Shown here one piece after another: positions 28,343-37,596 of a DNA stretch of 64,000 nt; position 1 is the stretch's first letter; every line of letters starts with the position of its first letter. The translations under genes were made by a program, and so were the position numbers. A model generated the notes under the pieces. That model made no database searches and was not told the origin of the DNA. It worked only from the letters and a program-made list of their open reading frames with translations. The stretch comes from Candidatus Fimimonas sp. (GTDB taxonomy: Bacteria; Bacillota; Clostridia; Christensenellales; CAG-314): assembly GCA_045644945.1 (NCBI GenBank), contig JAZRHU010000074.1:97-64096 (forward strand). The letters are read 5' to 3'.

Positions 28343-28673
28343 AGTAATACCTCCAAACTCTAGACTAGAAAGAAATTGCTCTCTTCCCATCTACATTATA
28401 GCATATTTCCAAGTGATATTCAATACCCAATGTAAAAAAATTGCAATTTTTTGTGTGGTACGATGATGGCAAATTGTCACAACTTGATAGAGTGAACTTT
28501 ACAACAACAATTTACCATAAGTTTTTACAATAACAAATTTGCAAAAATTGTCAAAAATTTGCTAAAAATGCCATCAAAATAGCAATTTTGGGCAATTTTT
28601 ATTTACAATCGCATTGATTTGTGCTAAAATTGTAAAAGTGTCTTAAAAAAATTAATACTATGAGGAGAAAACT

Positions 28674-29978
28674 ATGGTTCCTGCAATTATCATCTTTGCA
28701 GTGATGTACATTGCCATGTTGGTGTTTGGCAAATACCGCCCCTACATCGCTCTTGGTACAGCACTCATCTTTATTGTTAGTGGCATGCTTCCACTAAACA
28801 AAATTTTTGGCGAAATCGACTTTAACGTGCTACTTATGATTGGTGGTACAATGGGTTTGGTAGAGTTGTTCATTCAAAGCAAAATGCCCAACCGCCTTGC
28901 CGACATCATCATGAAAAAAGTTCCCAACATCCAATGGGCGGCTGTTTGCCTTTCCTTGTTTGCTGGTATCATTTCCGCATTTGTAGACAACGTTGCAACT
29001 GTACTTATGATTGCTCCGGTTGCCCTTGCAATTTGCAAAAAGTTGGAAACTAACCCTGTTCCAGTTTTGATCAGCATTGCTGTATCCAGTAACCTTCAAG
29101 GTGCTGCAACATTGGTTGGCGACACAACTGCTATCATGCTTGGCTCTGCGTTGGACATGTCCTTTATGGATTTCATTTGGTTCCAAGGCAAACCATCCAT
29201 CTTTTTTGCAGTAGAACTTGGTGCACTTCTTAGTGCTGTTATCGTTTACTTTGTATTCCGCAAGGAAAAGGACCCAATTCCCAAGATTGACGAGTTGACC
29301 GAAGTTAAAGATATGGTTCCAACAATCTTGTTGCTTGCAGCAATTGGTACACTAATTTTGGCATCCTTTGCACCAGAAGCTTGGAATTTGCCAGCAGAAA
29401 TCAACGGTATCATTTGTTGTAGTTACCTTGTGATTGGTCTTGTTTACAACGTTATCCGCAACAAAAAGTGGGAAGCTATCACAAGTCCTTTGAAGGCAAT
29501 CGACTTCGAAACACTTGGACTTTTGCTTGGTTTGTTCCTTGTTATTGGCGGTATCAAACACAAGGGTGTTATTGATGCTCTTGCAGGACTCCTTGCAAAG
29601 ATGGGCGGTGGCGACGTGTTCCTTCTTTACACAGTTATCGTTTGGGCATCTGTTCTTATTTCCGCATTTATCGACAACATCCCATATGTTGCAACAATGA
29701 TCCCTGTTATTGCATCTCTTGCAACAGGACTTGCTACAGAAATGGGTATCGATGCAACACTTGTTGCAATCCCACTTTACTTTGGTTTGCTCAGTGGCGC
29801 AACACTTGGCGGTAACATCACACCAATTGGTGCATCCGCAAACATCGCCGCAATTGGTATTTTGCGCAAAAATGGTTACGAAGTTAAGTCCAGCGACTTC
29901 TTCAAGATTGGTATTCCATTTACCCTTGCCGCAATCGTTCCTGCGTACATCTACATTTGGCTTGTATTTGGTGTGTAA
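28674..29978 (+). CDS. ArsB/NhaD (IT superfamily) anion/citrate-type permease
   Basis: About 12 TM, SD GAGGAG, repeated SNLQGAATLVGD/GGNITPIGASAN hairpin-like motifs. Confidence 0.55.
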   Translation: MVPAIIIFAVMYIAMLVFGKYRPYIALGTALIFIVSGMLPLNKIFGEIDFNVLLMIGGTMGLVELFIQSKMPNRLADIIMKKVPNIQWAAVCLSLFAGIISAFVDNVATVLMIAPVALAICKKLETNPVPVLISIAVSSNLQGAATLVGDTTAIMLGSALDMSFMDFIWFQGKPSIFFAVELGALLSAVIVYFVFRKEKDPIPKIDELTEVKDMVPTILLLAAIGTLILASFAPEAWNLPAEINGIICCSYLVIGLVYNVIRNKKWEAITSPLKAIDFETLGLLLGLFLVIGGIKHKGVIDALAGLLAKMGGGDVFLLYTVIVWASVLISAFIDNIPYVATMIPVIASLATGLATEMGIDATLVAIPLYFGLLSGATLGGNITPIGASANIAAIGILRKNGYEVKSSDFFKIGIPFTLAAIVPAYIYIWLVFGV

Positions 29979-29991
29979 AACACTAAAACTT

Positions 29992-30013
29992 GCACCACGT
30001 GGTGCCAAAAAAC
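29992..30013. repeat. CACGTG-core intergenic motif copy
   Basis: gcacCACGTGgtgccaaaaaac. Confidence 0.6.
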
Positions 30014-30027
30014 ATCTACAAACACAA

Positions 30028-30059
30028 AGAACGACCTATCTTTTAGGTCGTTCTTTTTT
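30028..30059 (+). terminator. Rho-independent terminator
   Basis: AGAACGACCTAtctttTAGGTCGTTCT followed by TTTTT. Confidence 0.85.
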
Positions 30060-30120
30060 ATGGAACAAGTTGCGCCCAACCACAGGTCGACACACATTAT
30101 TTAGGTTGTTTGTTGTTTTC

Positions 30121-30146
30121 GGCGGGAGGATAGTATCCTCCCCTAC
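30121..30146 (-). repeat. REP-like GTAG-headed hairpin
   Basis: Minus strand GTAGGGGAGGAtactaTCCTCCCGCC. Confidence 0.65.
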
Positions 30147-30242
30147 ACTATGGTTGATTTCGTAGTGGCAAACTAAATTTGTGGAGAAAATTCGCAACTA
30201 TACCAAAGTGTATTTAGATTTCCGCTAGTCAAATTTGCCAAT

Positions 30243-30270
30243 AAAAAAAGAGCAAGCTAAATGCTTGCTC
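30243..30270 (-). terminator. Rho-independent terminator of degV
   Basis: Minus strand GAGCAAGCatttaGCTTGCTC followed by TTTTTTT. Confidence 0.8.
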
Positions 30271-30349
30271 TTTTAGTTTACCAATAAAATGTGTTGTGAT
30301 TAGACCGACAACTAAATTTCCGCCAATAAAACTTGCGAGGAAGTGCTAA

Positions 30350-31243
30350 TTAGTATGGACGTTGTTCCTTTGCGATAAAGGCAAATGCAACGGCGCCAGC
30401 GCCAACGTGACAGCCGATTGTTGGGCCCATGATACGAACTTCGGGCTTGATGCCAAAGCGTTGTTCAATTTTGCCTGCAACCTTCAAAGCAAACTCTTCG
30501 CTACCGGTGTGAACAACGATTGGATAACAATCGTTATCGAATGTGAAGCCTTCCACATCCTTTAGGATTGTTTCCAAGCACTTGAGCTTGCCACCAGGAA
30601 CCTTTTTCAAAACCTTGAGCTTGCCTTCCTTGTCGAAAGTGATAACAACCTTGATTTGCAACATTGTGCCGATGGCTGCTGCTGCACCGCTAACGCGACC
30701 ACCCTTTTTGAGGTGGAAAAGGTCATCTACCATGATGAAGTGTTGGATACGGTGTTTGATTTCTTGTACGTAGTTGTAGGCTTCGTCCAAAGTTTTGCCT
30801 TCGTCACGAAGTTTTGCTGCGATGCGAACAAGCATACCTTGACCAACAGTTGTTGTGCAACTTTCCACAACCTTCAAGTTGAAATCGGGGTATTGTTCGC
30901 GCACCATTTCGGCAGCTTGTTCGGCGTTGTCCAAAGTGTTGGCAAGGCCGTAGCTGATTGTAAAGTGTAAAACATCCATGTGGCCTGCTTTTGCAAGGGA
31001 CTCGAAGTATTCGCGGTGAATTTCGGTGTTATTTTTGGAAGTGGAAACGTTGTTGTTCTTGTCCTTGAGCATTTCGAAAAAGTCGATGTACTCTTGTTGT
31101 GTTTGGAAGTTGTCTGGCAAGAACTTTGTTTCGCCACCACGTTCGATAGCTATTGTAAGGGGCAAAAATCCGCAACCAAGGGAATTGATTTCCTCTTGGT
31201 AAAGGTCTGCAGTAGAATCTGTAGAAAGGAAAAATTTGCTCAT
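30350..31243 (-). CDS. degV: DegV family fatty-acid-binding protein
   Basis: MSKFFLSTDSTADL N-terminus and overall DegV/EDD-domain pattern. Confidence 0.8.
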   Translation of the reverse strand: MSKFFLSTDSTADLYQEEINSLGCGFLPLTIAIERGGETKFLPDNFQTQQEYIDFFEMLKDKNNNVSTSKNNTEIHREYFESLAKAGHMDVLHFTISYGLANTLDNAEQAAEMVREQYPDFNLKVVESCTTTVGQGMLVRIAAKLRDEGKTLDEAYNYVQEIKHRIQHFIMVDDLFHLKKGGRVSGAAAAIGTMLQIKVVITFDKEGKLKVLKKVPGGKLKCLETILKDVEGFTFDNDCYPIVVHTGSEEFALKVAGKIEQRFGIKPEVRIMGPTIGCHVGAGAVAFAFIAKEQRPY

Positions 31244-31360
31244 TTGTTAACTCCTCTTAAAAAATTATTTACCAATGTATTTTACCATTATTTGTCAAAA
31301 TATGCAAACGATTTGTATCAAAAAAGTTACCAGGCACACCCTAGCACAACAACAGGCAAC

Positions 31361-31393
31361 AAAAAAAGAGCAAACAAAACAGATGCTTGCTCT
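31361..31393 (-). terminator. Rho-independent terminator of the ABC exporter operon
   Basis: Minus strand AGAGCAAgcatctgttttgtTTGCTCT followed by TTTTTTT. Confidence 0.65.
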
Positions 31394-31400
31394 TTATTTT

Positions 31401-33308
31401 TTAGTTTTGTTCCACAAGTTGGCCCTTTTTGAGTTGTTCCTTTGTGAACTGCAAAGTGTACAAATCGTAGTACTTGCCTTTTTGCTTCAAAAGTTGGTCG
31501 TGGTTGCCTTGCTCGATGATTTCCCCATGGGAAAGAACAATAATGTTGTCAGCGTGTTGAATGGTGGAAAGTCGGTGTGCAACAATAAGCATTGTGCCAA
31601 TGTTCATCATCTTGTTCAAACTGTCTTGGATCAAAACTTCCGTTTCCGTATCGATGTTTGCGGTTGCTTCATCCAAAATCATTACCTCTGGGCGGTGGAT
31701 GATTGTGCGCGCAAAGGACAAGAGTTGGCGTTGACCAGCGGAGAAGTTGTTACCGCGTTCGCGAACTTCCTCATCAAGGCCGTTTGTCAATTTGTTGATA
31801 AAGTGGTCGGCATTTACGTACTTGCACGCTTCCATGATTTGTTCGTCAGTAAAGTCGTCGTGCAATGCAATGTTGCTACGGATTGTGCCGGCAAACAAGA
31901 ACACGTCTTGGAGCATTTGACCAAAGTGCTTTCTTAGAGAGGCAATCTTGATGTTTTTGATATCGATACCATCAAGCAAGATTTGGCCCTTTTGGATGTC
32001 GTAGTTACGGCACAAGAGGGACAAAATTGTTGTTTTGCCACTGCCTGTTGCACCAACAAATGCAACTGTGTCGTTGGCGTTGATGTGGAAGGAAACGTCC
32101 TTTAGTACCCACTCGCCTTCGTTGTAGGCAAACCAAACGTTTTTAAACTCGATTTCCCCCTTGACAGAATCCAACTCGATTGCATCGGGTGCATCCACCA
32201 CTTCTGGTTGGATATCCATGATGGTGAAGATCTTTTCCGCAGAGGCAAAAGCTGATTGCAAACGGTGGAATTGTTCCGCCAACGATTGCAATGGGTTGAA
32301 CAACTTGGAAATGTACATGTAGAATGCAACAATTGTTTCGCTTGTGATAACTTGGCCCATAAACTCGGTATCTTTGATGACACCACGGCTACCCATAAAG
32401 AACAAGCAAAGTACTGCGCAAATGTAGAGCATGTACATCAACGGACGGAAGATACCAAACACCATGATTTGACCATGGATTGCTTTGTACAACTTGTTGT
32501 TCTTTTCAACAAATTGGTTCATCTTGGCATCTTGGCGGTTGAAGATTTGGGTAATCTTCATGCCGGACAAGTTTTCCGAAAGGTAGGTGTTGATATCGGT
32601 GTAGCCATCTTTTACCTTGCGGTAAGCTCTGCGGGAGAACTTGCGGAAGAGAACGGTAAACAACACGATAAATGGCACAAAGCACAAAATCATGAGTGTA
32701 AGTAGGTAGTTGATGGAAAGCATCATAACAACCACACCCACAATAACAAAGCAGTTTTGTACCAAGTTTACAAGCATACTTGTAAACATTTGGGAAATTG
32801 CGTTTGTATCGTTGGTTACACGTGTTACCAATTTACCAACGGGGATTTTGGACAGTTGCGCGTGAGACAAACTTTCGATGTGCACAAATGCGTCTTCGCG
32901 AAGTTTGGACACAATCTTTTGTCCAACTGATTGCAAAATGAGAGATTGGAAGTAGGTGCAAGCAAGGGATACAAGCAAGATTGCAACGTACAGCACCACT
33001 CGGATGATCAAGTCGCGCATTTCAAATCCAGCGGGATCTTTGATAAGACCTTGGATGTTGGAAACAAACAAAGGAGATACCAAGCTGAACACAATGGACA
33101 TAAGCATGATGAAGAACACCAACAAGAACTTTTTGCCATATGGTTTGGCGTACTTCAACAATCTTTTGAACAATTCGCTATCCTTCATTTGGCGGTCGAA
33201 GCCCATGCTTTCCTTTTTGTCCTTGACCAAAGAAAAGACAATGATAAGTATAGCGGAGATTGTGCCGATGATGGCACCTACAATAAGAAGTGGAAGATAT
33301 TCTGGCAT
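31401..33308 (-). CDS. ABC transporter ATP-binding/permease (exporter half-transporter B)
   Basis: Start at ATG 33308. Six-TM domain, Walker A GATGSGKTT, LSAGQRQ signature, ILDEATA Walker B. Confidence 0.85.
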   Translation of the reverse strand: MPEYLPLLIVGAIIGTISAILIIVFSLVKDKKESMGFDRQMKDSELFKRLLKYAKPYGKKFLLVFFIMLMSIVFSLVSPLFVSNIQGLIKDPAGFEMRDLIIRVVLYVAILLVSLACTYFQSLILQSVGQKIVSKLREDAFVHIESLSHAQLSKIPVGKLVTRVTNDTNAISQMFTSMLVNLVQNCFVIVGVVVMMLSINYLLTLMILCFVPFIVLFTVLFRKFSRRAYRKVKDGYTDINTYLSENLSGMKITQIFNRQDAKMNQFVEKNNKLYKAIHGQIMVFGIFRPLMYMLYICAVLCLFFMGSRGVIKDTEFMGQVITSETIVAFYMYISKLFNPLQSLAEQFHRLQSAFASAEKIFTIMDIQPEVVDAPDAIELDSVKGEIEFKNVWFAYNEGEWVLKDVSFHINANDTVAFVGATGSGKTTILSLLCRNYDIQKGQILLDGIDIKNIKIASLRKHFGQMLQDVFLFAGTIRSNIALHDDFTDEQIMEACKYVNADHFINKLTNGLDEEVRERGNNFSAGQRQLLSFARTIIHRPEVMILDEATANIDTETEVLIQDSLNKMMNIGTMLIVAHRLSTIQHADNIIVLSHGEIIEQGNHDQLLKQKGKYYDLYTLQFTKEQLKKGQLVEQN

Positions 33309-33309
33309 G

Positions 33310-35088
33310 TTAGTTATCCCCCTTCTTTTCGTCATCAAGTTTTTGCAACTCTACCATCACTTTGTACTCGTGACAACGAGAAAGAAGTTCTTGGTGAGTG
33401 CCTACGTCCACCACTTTGCCATCGTCAAGCAAAATGATTTTGTCCAAATCTTGAACGGTGGAAATACGGTGAGCAATGAGCAATGTTGTTTTACCTTGGC
33501 GAGTGTTACGCAAGTTTTCCAAAATGATTTTTTCCGTGTTGGTATCAACTGCGGAAACGGAGTCGTCCAAAATGAGGATGGGCGCATCCTTGATGAGTGC
33601 ACGAGCAATGGAAACACGTTGTTTTTGTCCGCCGGACAAGGTTACACCGCGTTCGCCAAGAATTGTTTCGTAGCCGTTTGTGAACTCTACAATGTTACCA
33701 TGAACGTCAGCAAGATCGGCGTACTTTTCGATGTCCGCTTGACTGATGTTGTCTGTTGCAAAGGCAATGTTAGCAGAGATTGTGTCACTAAAGAGGAAGT
33801 TGTCTTGTGGGACATAAGCGCAAAAGTCGCGCAAACTGTCAATTTGGATGTCGTTTACATCCTTGCCATCCACAAACACAGTGCCATCGGGCACGTTGTA
33901 GCAACGAAGGATGATGTCGGCTACCGTTGTTTTACCACTACCAGTTTTACCAACAACACCAACAAGTTCGCCAGCGTTAATGTTGAAGGAAACGTCAGTT
34001 AGCGCGTTGTAGTCGGCATCGGGGTAGACAAATGTCAAATTCTTAAACTCAATTTGACCTTGAATAGCATCGATTGGCTCAGCTGTGGGTTTGTCGCAAA
34101 CGTCTTGCTTGGTATCCAAAAGCTCCGATACGCGGTTGAGAGATGCCTTACCACGAGAGGACATGTCGATCATTTCGGTAATTGCCATCATTGGCCAAAT
34201 GATACTATTGAAGTAGCCAATGAACTCCATCAACATACCGGCATCGAACACATCTTCGTGAACAAGGTATCCGCCGTAGCCAAGGATGATTGCAATGGTT
34301 GACTCGATAAACAAGCTAACGCAAACGTGAAGTGTTACGGAAAGCTTGGTGTAGGCAATGTTTGCATTTTCGTTTTTGCGGTTGAGCTTTTGGAAGGCCC
34401 AAAGTTCTTTGAATTCCTTTACGAATGCCTTGATAACTGCCACGCCGGAAAAACTTTCTTGCGCAAAGTCGGACAAATCGGAAAATGCCGCTTGACGTGC
34501 ATCCCACTTCAATGTGAGATACTTGCCCACAATAATACCAATTGTTACCAAAAATGCCATTGGAATTAAGGAAAGCAATGCCAAAACCCAGTTCATCATA
34601 AACATTTTTGCAATGGCCATACCACCAAGGAACACGATGTCGCAAGCCTGCAAAATGCCCCAGCTAAAACACTCTTGAACCGTTTCGATGTCGTTTGTGA
34701 ACAAACTCATCAAGTTACCAACCTTGTTGCGGTGGTAGTATTGCAAGCTCAAATCTTTGCAATGGTCAAACATGCGTTGACGAAGGTCACGTTCCACCTT
34801 GATACCGCTACCCAAAAAGCACATACGCCACATAAAGCGACCAATTACCATGATAACGATAATCACAAACATGGGTTTGCAAATTTGCTCCCACACAAAG
34901 TCCATATCAAATTGTACAAGTGTACCGCCTACATCCACAACACCTTCGTTTGCACCATTGATAACCATACGGTACAACTCGGGAATTTTAAGTTGGAAGT
35001 AGTCCACGGCTACAAGGGATACCAAACCAAGCAACAATGCAAACAAGTGCTTGATGTAGTACCTATTGATGTGTTTTCCAAAAATCAT
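33310..35088 (-). CDS. ABC transporter ATP-binding/permease (exporter half-transporter A)
   Basis: Start at ATG 35088 after [31 protein letters not shown]. Confidence 0.85.
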   Translation of the reverse strand: MIFGKHINRYYIKHLFALLLGLVSLVAVDYFQLKIPELYRMVINGANEGVVDVGGTLVQFDMDFVWEQICKPMFVIIVIMVIGRFMWRMCFLGSGIKVERDLRQRMFDHCKDLSLQYYHRNKVGNLMSLFTNDIETVQECFSWGILQACDIVFLGGMAIAKMFMMNWVLALLSLIPMAFLVTIGIIVGKYLTLKWDARQAAFSDLSDFAQESFSGVAVIKAFVKEFKELWAFQKLNRKNENANIAYTKLSVTLHVCVSLFIESTIAIILGYGGYLVHEDVFDAGMLMEFIGYFNSIIWPMMAITEMIDMSSRGKASLNRVSELLDTKQDVCDKPTAEPIDAIQGQIEFKNLTFVYPDADYNALTDVSFNINAGELVGVVGKTGSGKTTVADIILRCYNVPDGTVFVDGKDVNDIQIDSLRDFCAYVPQDNFLFSDTISANIAFATDNISQADIEKYADLADVHGNIVEFTNGYETILGERGVTLSGGQKQRVSIARALIKDAPILILDDSVSAVDTNTEKIILENLRNTRQGKTTLLIAHRISTVQDLDKIILLDDGKVVDVGTHQELLSRCHEYKVMVELQKLDDEKKGDN

Positions 35089-35165
35089 AAAAAACCTCAA
35101 CGTAACAAGTAAGTTTGCAACAAAAAACAGCATCTGCCTTGCGCAACTTACCCAATTTTGTGTAT

Positions 35166-35183
35166 TCAACCATAGATGGTTGA
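35166..35183. promoter_or_regulatory. Perfect 7-4-7 palindrome, candidate operator of the ABC exporter operon
   Basis: TCAACCAtagaTGGTTGA, located just downstream of the predicted promoter. Confidence 0.4.
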
Positions 35184-35197
35184 GTAGTAATGAATAT

Positions 35198-35226
35198 ATT
35201 TTAGCACTATTAAAAAATAATAGCAA
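35198..35226 (-). promoter_or_regulatory. sigma-A type promoter of the ABC exporter operon
   Basis: Minus strand TTGCTA, 17-nt spacer, TAAAAT. Confidence 0.5.
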
Positions 35227-35260
35227 ACAAATATGCCTTGTTTCGACACAAAAATATAAC

Positions 35261-35287
35261 AAAAAAGCAGTAGAAACTTTCTACTGC
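35261..35287 (-). terminator. Rho-independent terminator of recO
   Basis: Minus strand GCAGTAGAAAgTTTCTACTGC followed by TTTTTT. Confidence 0.8.
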
Positions 35288-35417
35288 GATGTTATACAAA
35301 TGATATTTAGATTGCACAAACTGTTTGTTGCAAAATATGCTTGCATCAAAATTGCACTATTGCCTGTTTGTTAGCACAACGACATTTGGCCAAATTTGCT
35401 CAAAAATACTTTTTTGC

Positions 35418-36143
35418 TTAGGCCAGGTGCAACAACTCCGCTAAGCTTTTGTTTGTGGAAAAACTGTGTGCTATGTATTGTGCAACATCCCCAAGCGCAT
35501 CTTTCAATAATTCGTTTGAGAATGTGACAGTTTTGAGCTTTTCGAAGGGCATGTCCTCCAAAAGGTTACATGCGGAAATTACTCGTGGAGTTACAGCGAT
35601 GCTTTCCAACGTGCGATGATCGTCGCACAAAATACCGCCTTTGGAAAAATCCAAAAACATCTTTTTGCGAGTTTCGCCACACTCGGCGCAATGTTTGAAA
35701 TCCAACGCAAAGCCCTGACTTTTTACAAAGCCAAGCAAGTATCTGAGCACCACCGTCAATGGATTTGTGCCAAGAACAAGTTGCTCCAATGCGCGCAATG
35801 TTTCCACAAACACAACGGGGTCACTTTGGCCCTCCTCGGTGTAGTTGGCAATGCACTCGGCAATGGCGCAAGCAGAGTAGTAGCAAACGATGTCCTCGCG
35901 AAGGGTGTAGAAACTTTCCAACTGCTCGCAAGTTTTGAGCATGTATCTATCCCCCGTTTGAGCAAGCTCGTAGTTGCCAAAGCAAAAGGTGTCGCCGGCA
36001 AATTTCAACTTTGCCTTGGCCTTGCGAATACCCTTGGCATGTACGGAAATTTTGCCGAGCTCCAACGAGTAGAGCAATATGAATTTGTCACTTTCGCCGT
36101 AGTCAGTTGTTTTTAGGGCGATGGCTTTTGTGATTAGATCCAT
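35418..36143 (-). CDS. recO: DNA repair protein RecO
   Basis: N-terminal OB-fold pattern (ALKTTDYGESDKFILLYSLELGKISVHAKGIRK), Cys-rich zinc motif CAECG...CDDH, synteny after era. Confidence 0.85.
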   Translation of the reverse strand: MDLITKAIALKTTDYGESDKFILLYSLELGKISVHAKGIRKAKAKLKFAGDTFCFGNYELAQTGDRYMLKTCEQLESFYTLREDIVCYYSACAIAECIANYTEEGQSDPVVFVETLRALEQLVLGTNPLTVVLRYLLGFVKSQGFALDFKHCAECGETRKKMFLDFSKGGILCDDHRTLESIAVTPRVISACNLLEDMPFEKLKTVTFSNELLKDALGDVAQYIAHSFSTNKSLAELLHLA

Positions 36144-36222
36144 CCTTTGTCAGTTCCTTGTAGAGTAGGTAGTAGGCGGTGTTGCCTGTCTTTTCGAATA
36201 GTTTCCAAACTGTATCTTTCAT
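36103..36222 (-). CDS. yqzL: YqzL family small protein (39 aa), absent from the ORF track
   Basis: MKDTVWKLFEKTGNTAYYLLYKELTKDGSNHKSHRPKNN. SD GGGGG lies 5 nt upstream of the ATG. The W..F..TG...YL.YK pattern and the era-yqzL-recO position match Bacillus. Overlaps the recO start by 41 nt. Confidence 0.6.
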   Translation of the reverse strand: MKDTVWKLFEKTGNTAYYLLYKELTKDGSNHKSHRPKNN

Positions 36223-36252
36223 ACGTACCCCCAAAATATCCGCAAAATTGTT

Positions 36253-36281
36253 GCAAAAAACGCACACGTGGTGGCAAAAAA
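36253..36281. repeat. CACGTG-core intergenic motif copy
   Basis: gcaaaaaacgcaCACGTGgtggcaaaaaa. Confidence 0.7.
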
Positions 36282-36325
36282 CAAGTTTTGGTATGTCCTT
36301 TGCGCGGTAAAGCTAACTTGCCTAT

Positions 36326-36356
36326 CCACAGGACGTCAATAAAGCCGTCCCCCTAC
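36326..36356 (-). repeat. REP-like GTAG-headed hairpin
   Basis: Minus strand GTAGGGGGACGgctttattgaCGTCCTGTGG; nested inside a larger inverted repeat at 36312-36376. Confidence 0.55.
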
Positions 36357-36510
36357 GCAAAGCAAGTTGAGTTAGCAAAGATTTTTGCAACAAACGCCCC
36401 TTGATATTTGCAAGTGAAAGGGGCCTGTTTGCACACCAACATCGATATGCACGTTGTTTTGCATTGTATTTAGTTTGGGAAATTTGGGGTGGGTTTATGC
36501 TGAAAATATA

Positions 36511-37404
36511 CTAATCTTTTTTGCGATTGGAGTAGCCAAGTTCGTTCAAAACGCTTGGGTTGTTGCGCCAATCCTCCTTGACCTTTACCCAAAGTGTCAA
36601 GAACACTGGGCTTTGCATAAGCTTTTGGATGCTTTCGCGCGCGTGGATACCAATGGACTTGATCATTGCACCGTGCTTGCCCAAAACGATAGGTTTGTGG
36701 GATGCCTTTTCCACCAAAATTGTGGCGTCGATGTTCCAACTGCCGTTTTCGTAGGCAAACTTGTTGAGAGCAATACCAATGCCGTGGGGGATTTCCGCCT
36801 CGCAGGACAAGAGCACCTTTTCGCGAATGATTTCGCACACAAGGTATCTTTCGCTCTTGTCGGTGATGTCGTCCTCCTCGAAGTACATTTGATCGCCAGT
36901 AAGGTACTTTTTGAGTGCATTTTTCAATTCGTCTACACCATTGTTGCGCTTTGCAGAAACGCAGAACACTTGGTCGATGCCCTTGATTTCGTTGAGTTTG
37001 GCAAGCTCGGGCAAAAGTTTTTCCTTTTGAGAGATATCGATTTTTGTGATAACAACAACCACAGGGGCATTTTGCTTGGTGTACTTGGTGATTTGGCTAA
37101 TTTCGCGGTCGGAAATACCATCGTGGCCATCCACAACTACCATCACGCAATCCACGTCATCAACGGCGTTGTCGATACTTTTTAGCATGTAGTCGCCAAG
37201 GGCATTTTTACTTTGCAAAAAGCCTGGGGTATCTACAAATACAATTTGACTATCGTCATCCGTCCACACGCCCATGATGGAATCGCGAGTGGTTTGTGGC
37301 TTGGGGGAAACAATGCTTACCTTTTGTTGAATAAGTGCATTTAGTAGTGTGGATTTGCCCGCATTGGCAAGACCTACAATTGCAATAAAACCTGTTTTTC
37401 TCAT
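36511..37404 (-). CDS. era: GTPase Era
   Basis: GLANAGKSTLLN (G1), DTPG (G3), C-terminal KH domain. Confidence 0.9.
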   Translation of the reverse strand: MRKTGFIAIVGLANAGKSTLLNALIQQKVSIVSPKPQTTRDSIMGVWTDDDSQIVFVDTPGFLQSKNALGDYMLKSIDNAVDDVDCVMVVVDGHDGISDREISQITKYTKQNAPVVVVITKIDISQKEKLLPELAKLNEIKGIDQVFCVSAKRNNGVDELKNALKKYLTGDQMYFEEDDITDKSERYLVCEIIREKVLLSCEAEIPHGIGIALNKFAYENGSWNIDATILVEKASHKPIVLGKHGAMIKSIGIHARESIQKLMQSPVFLTLWVKVKEDWRNNPSVLNELGYSNRKKD

Positions 37405-37560
37405 CTAATTTTTCCTTTATGTATAGCCAAAATCAAAGTTAAATTGGCCAAAGTTTTTGTGTGTTTTCCGCCAAATTTTGCAACTTCAAACGCGCAAAAA
37501 CAGGCGCAATATCCATGGAAAATCACCCGTAAAATTGCTGTGATTTTGCAAAGAAATTAG

Positions 37561-37592
37561 CAAAAATTTGGGGATACGTGTGTGTTTTTTGA
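37561..37592. repeat. ACGTG-core intergenic motif copy
   Basis: caaaaatttggggaTACGTGtgtgtgtttttt; immediately after the ybeY stop. Confidence 0.6.
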
Positions 37593-37596
37593 TGTG

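Noticed and set aside
36147-36404. 85-aa plus-strand ORF between recO and era
   Set aside because: It is antisense to yqzL and is composed of repeat and terminator sequence, with no SD.
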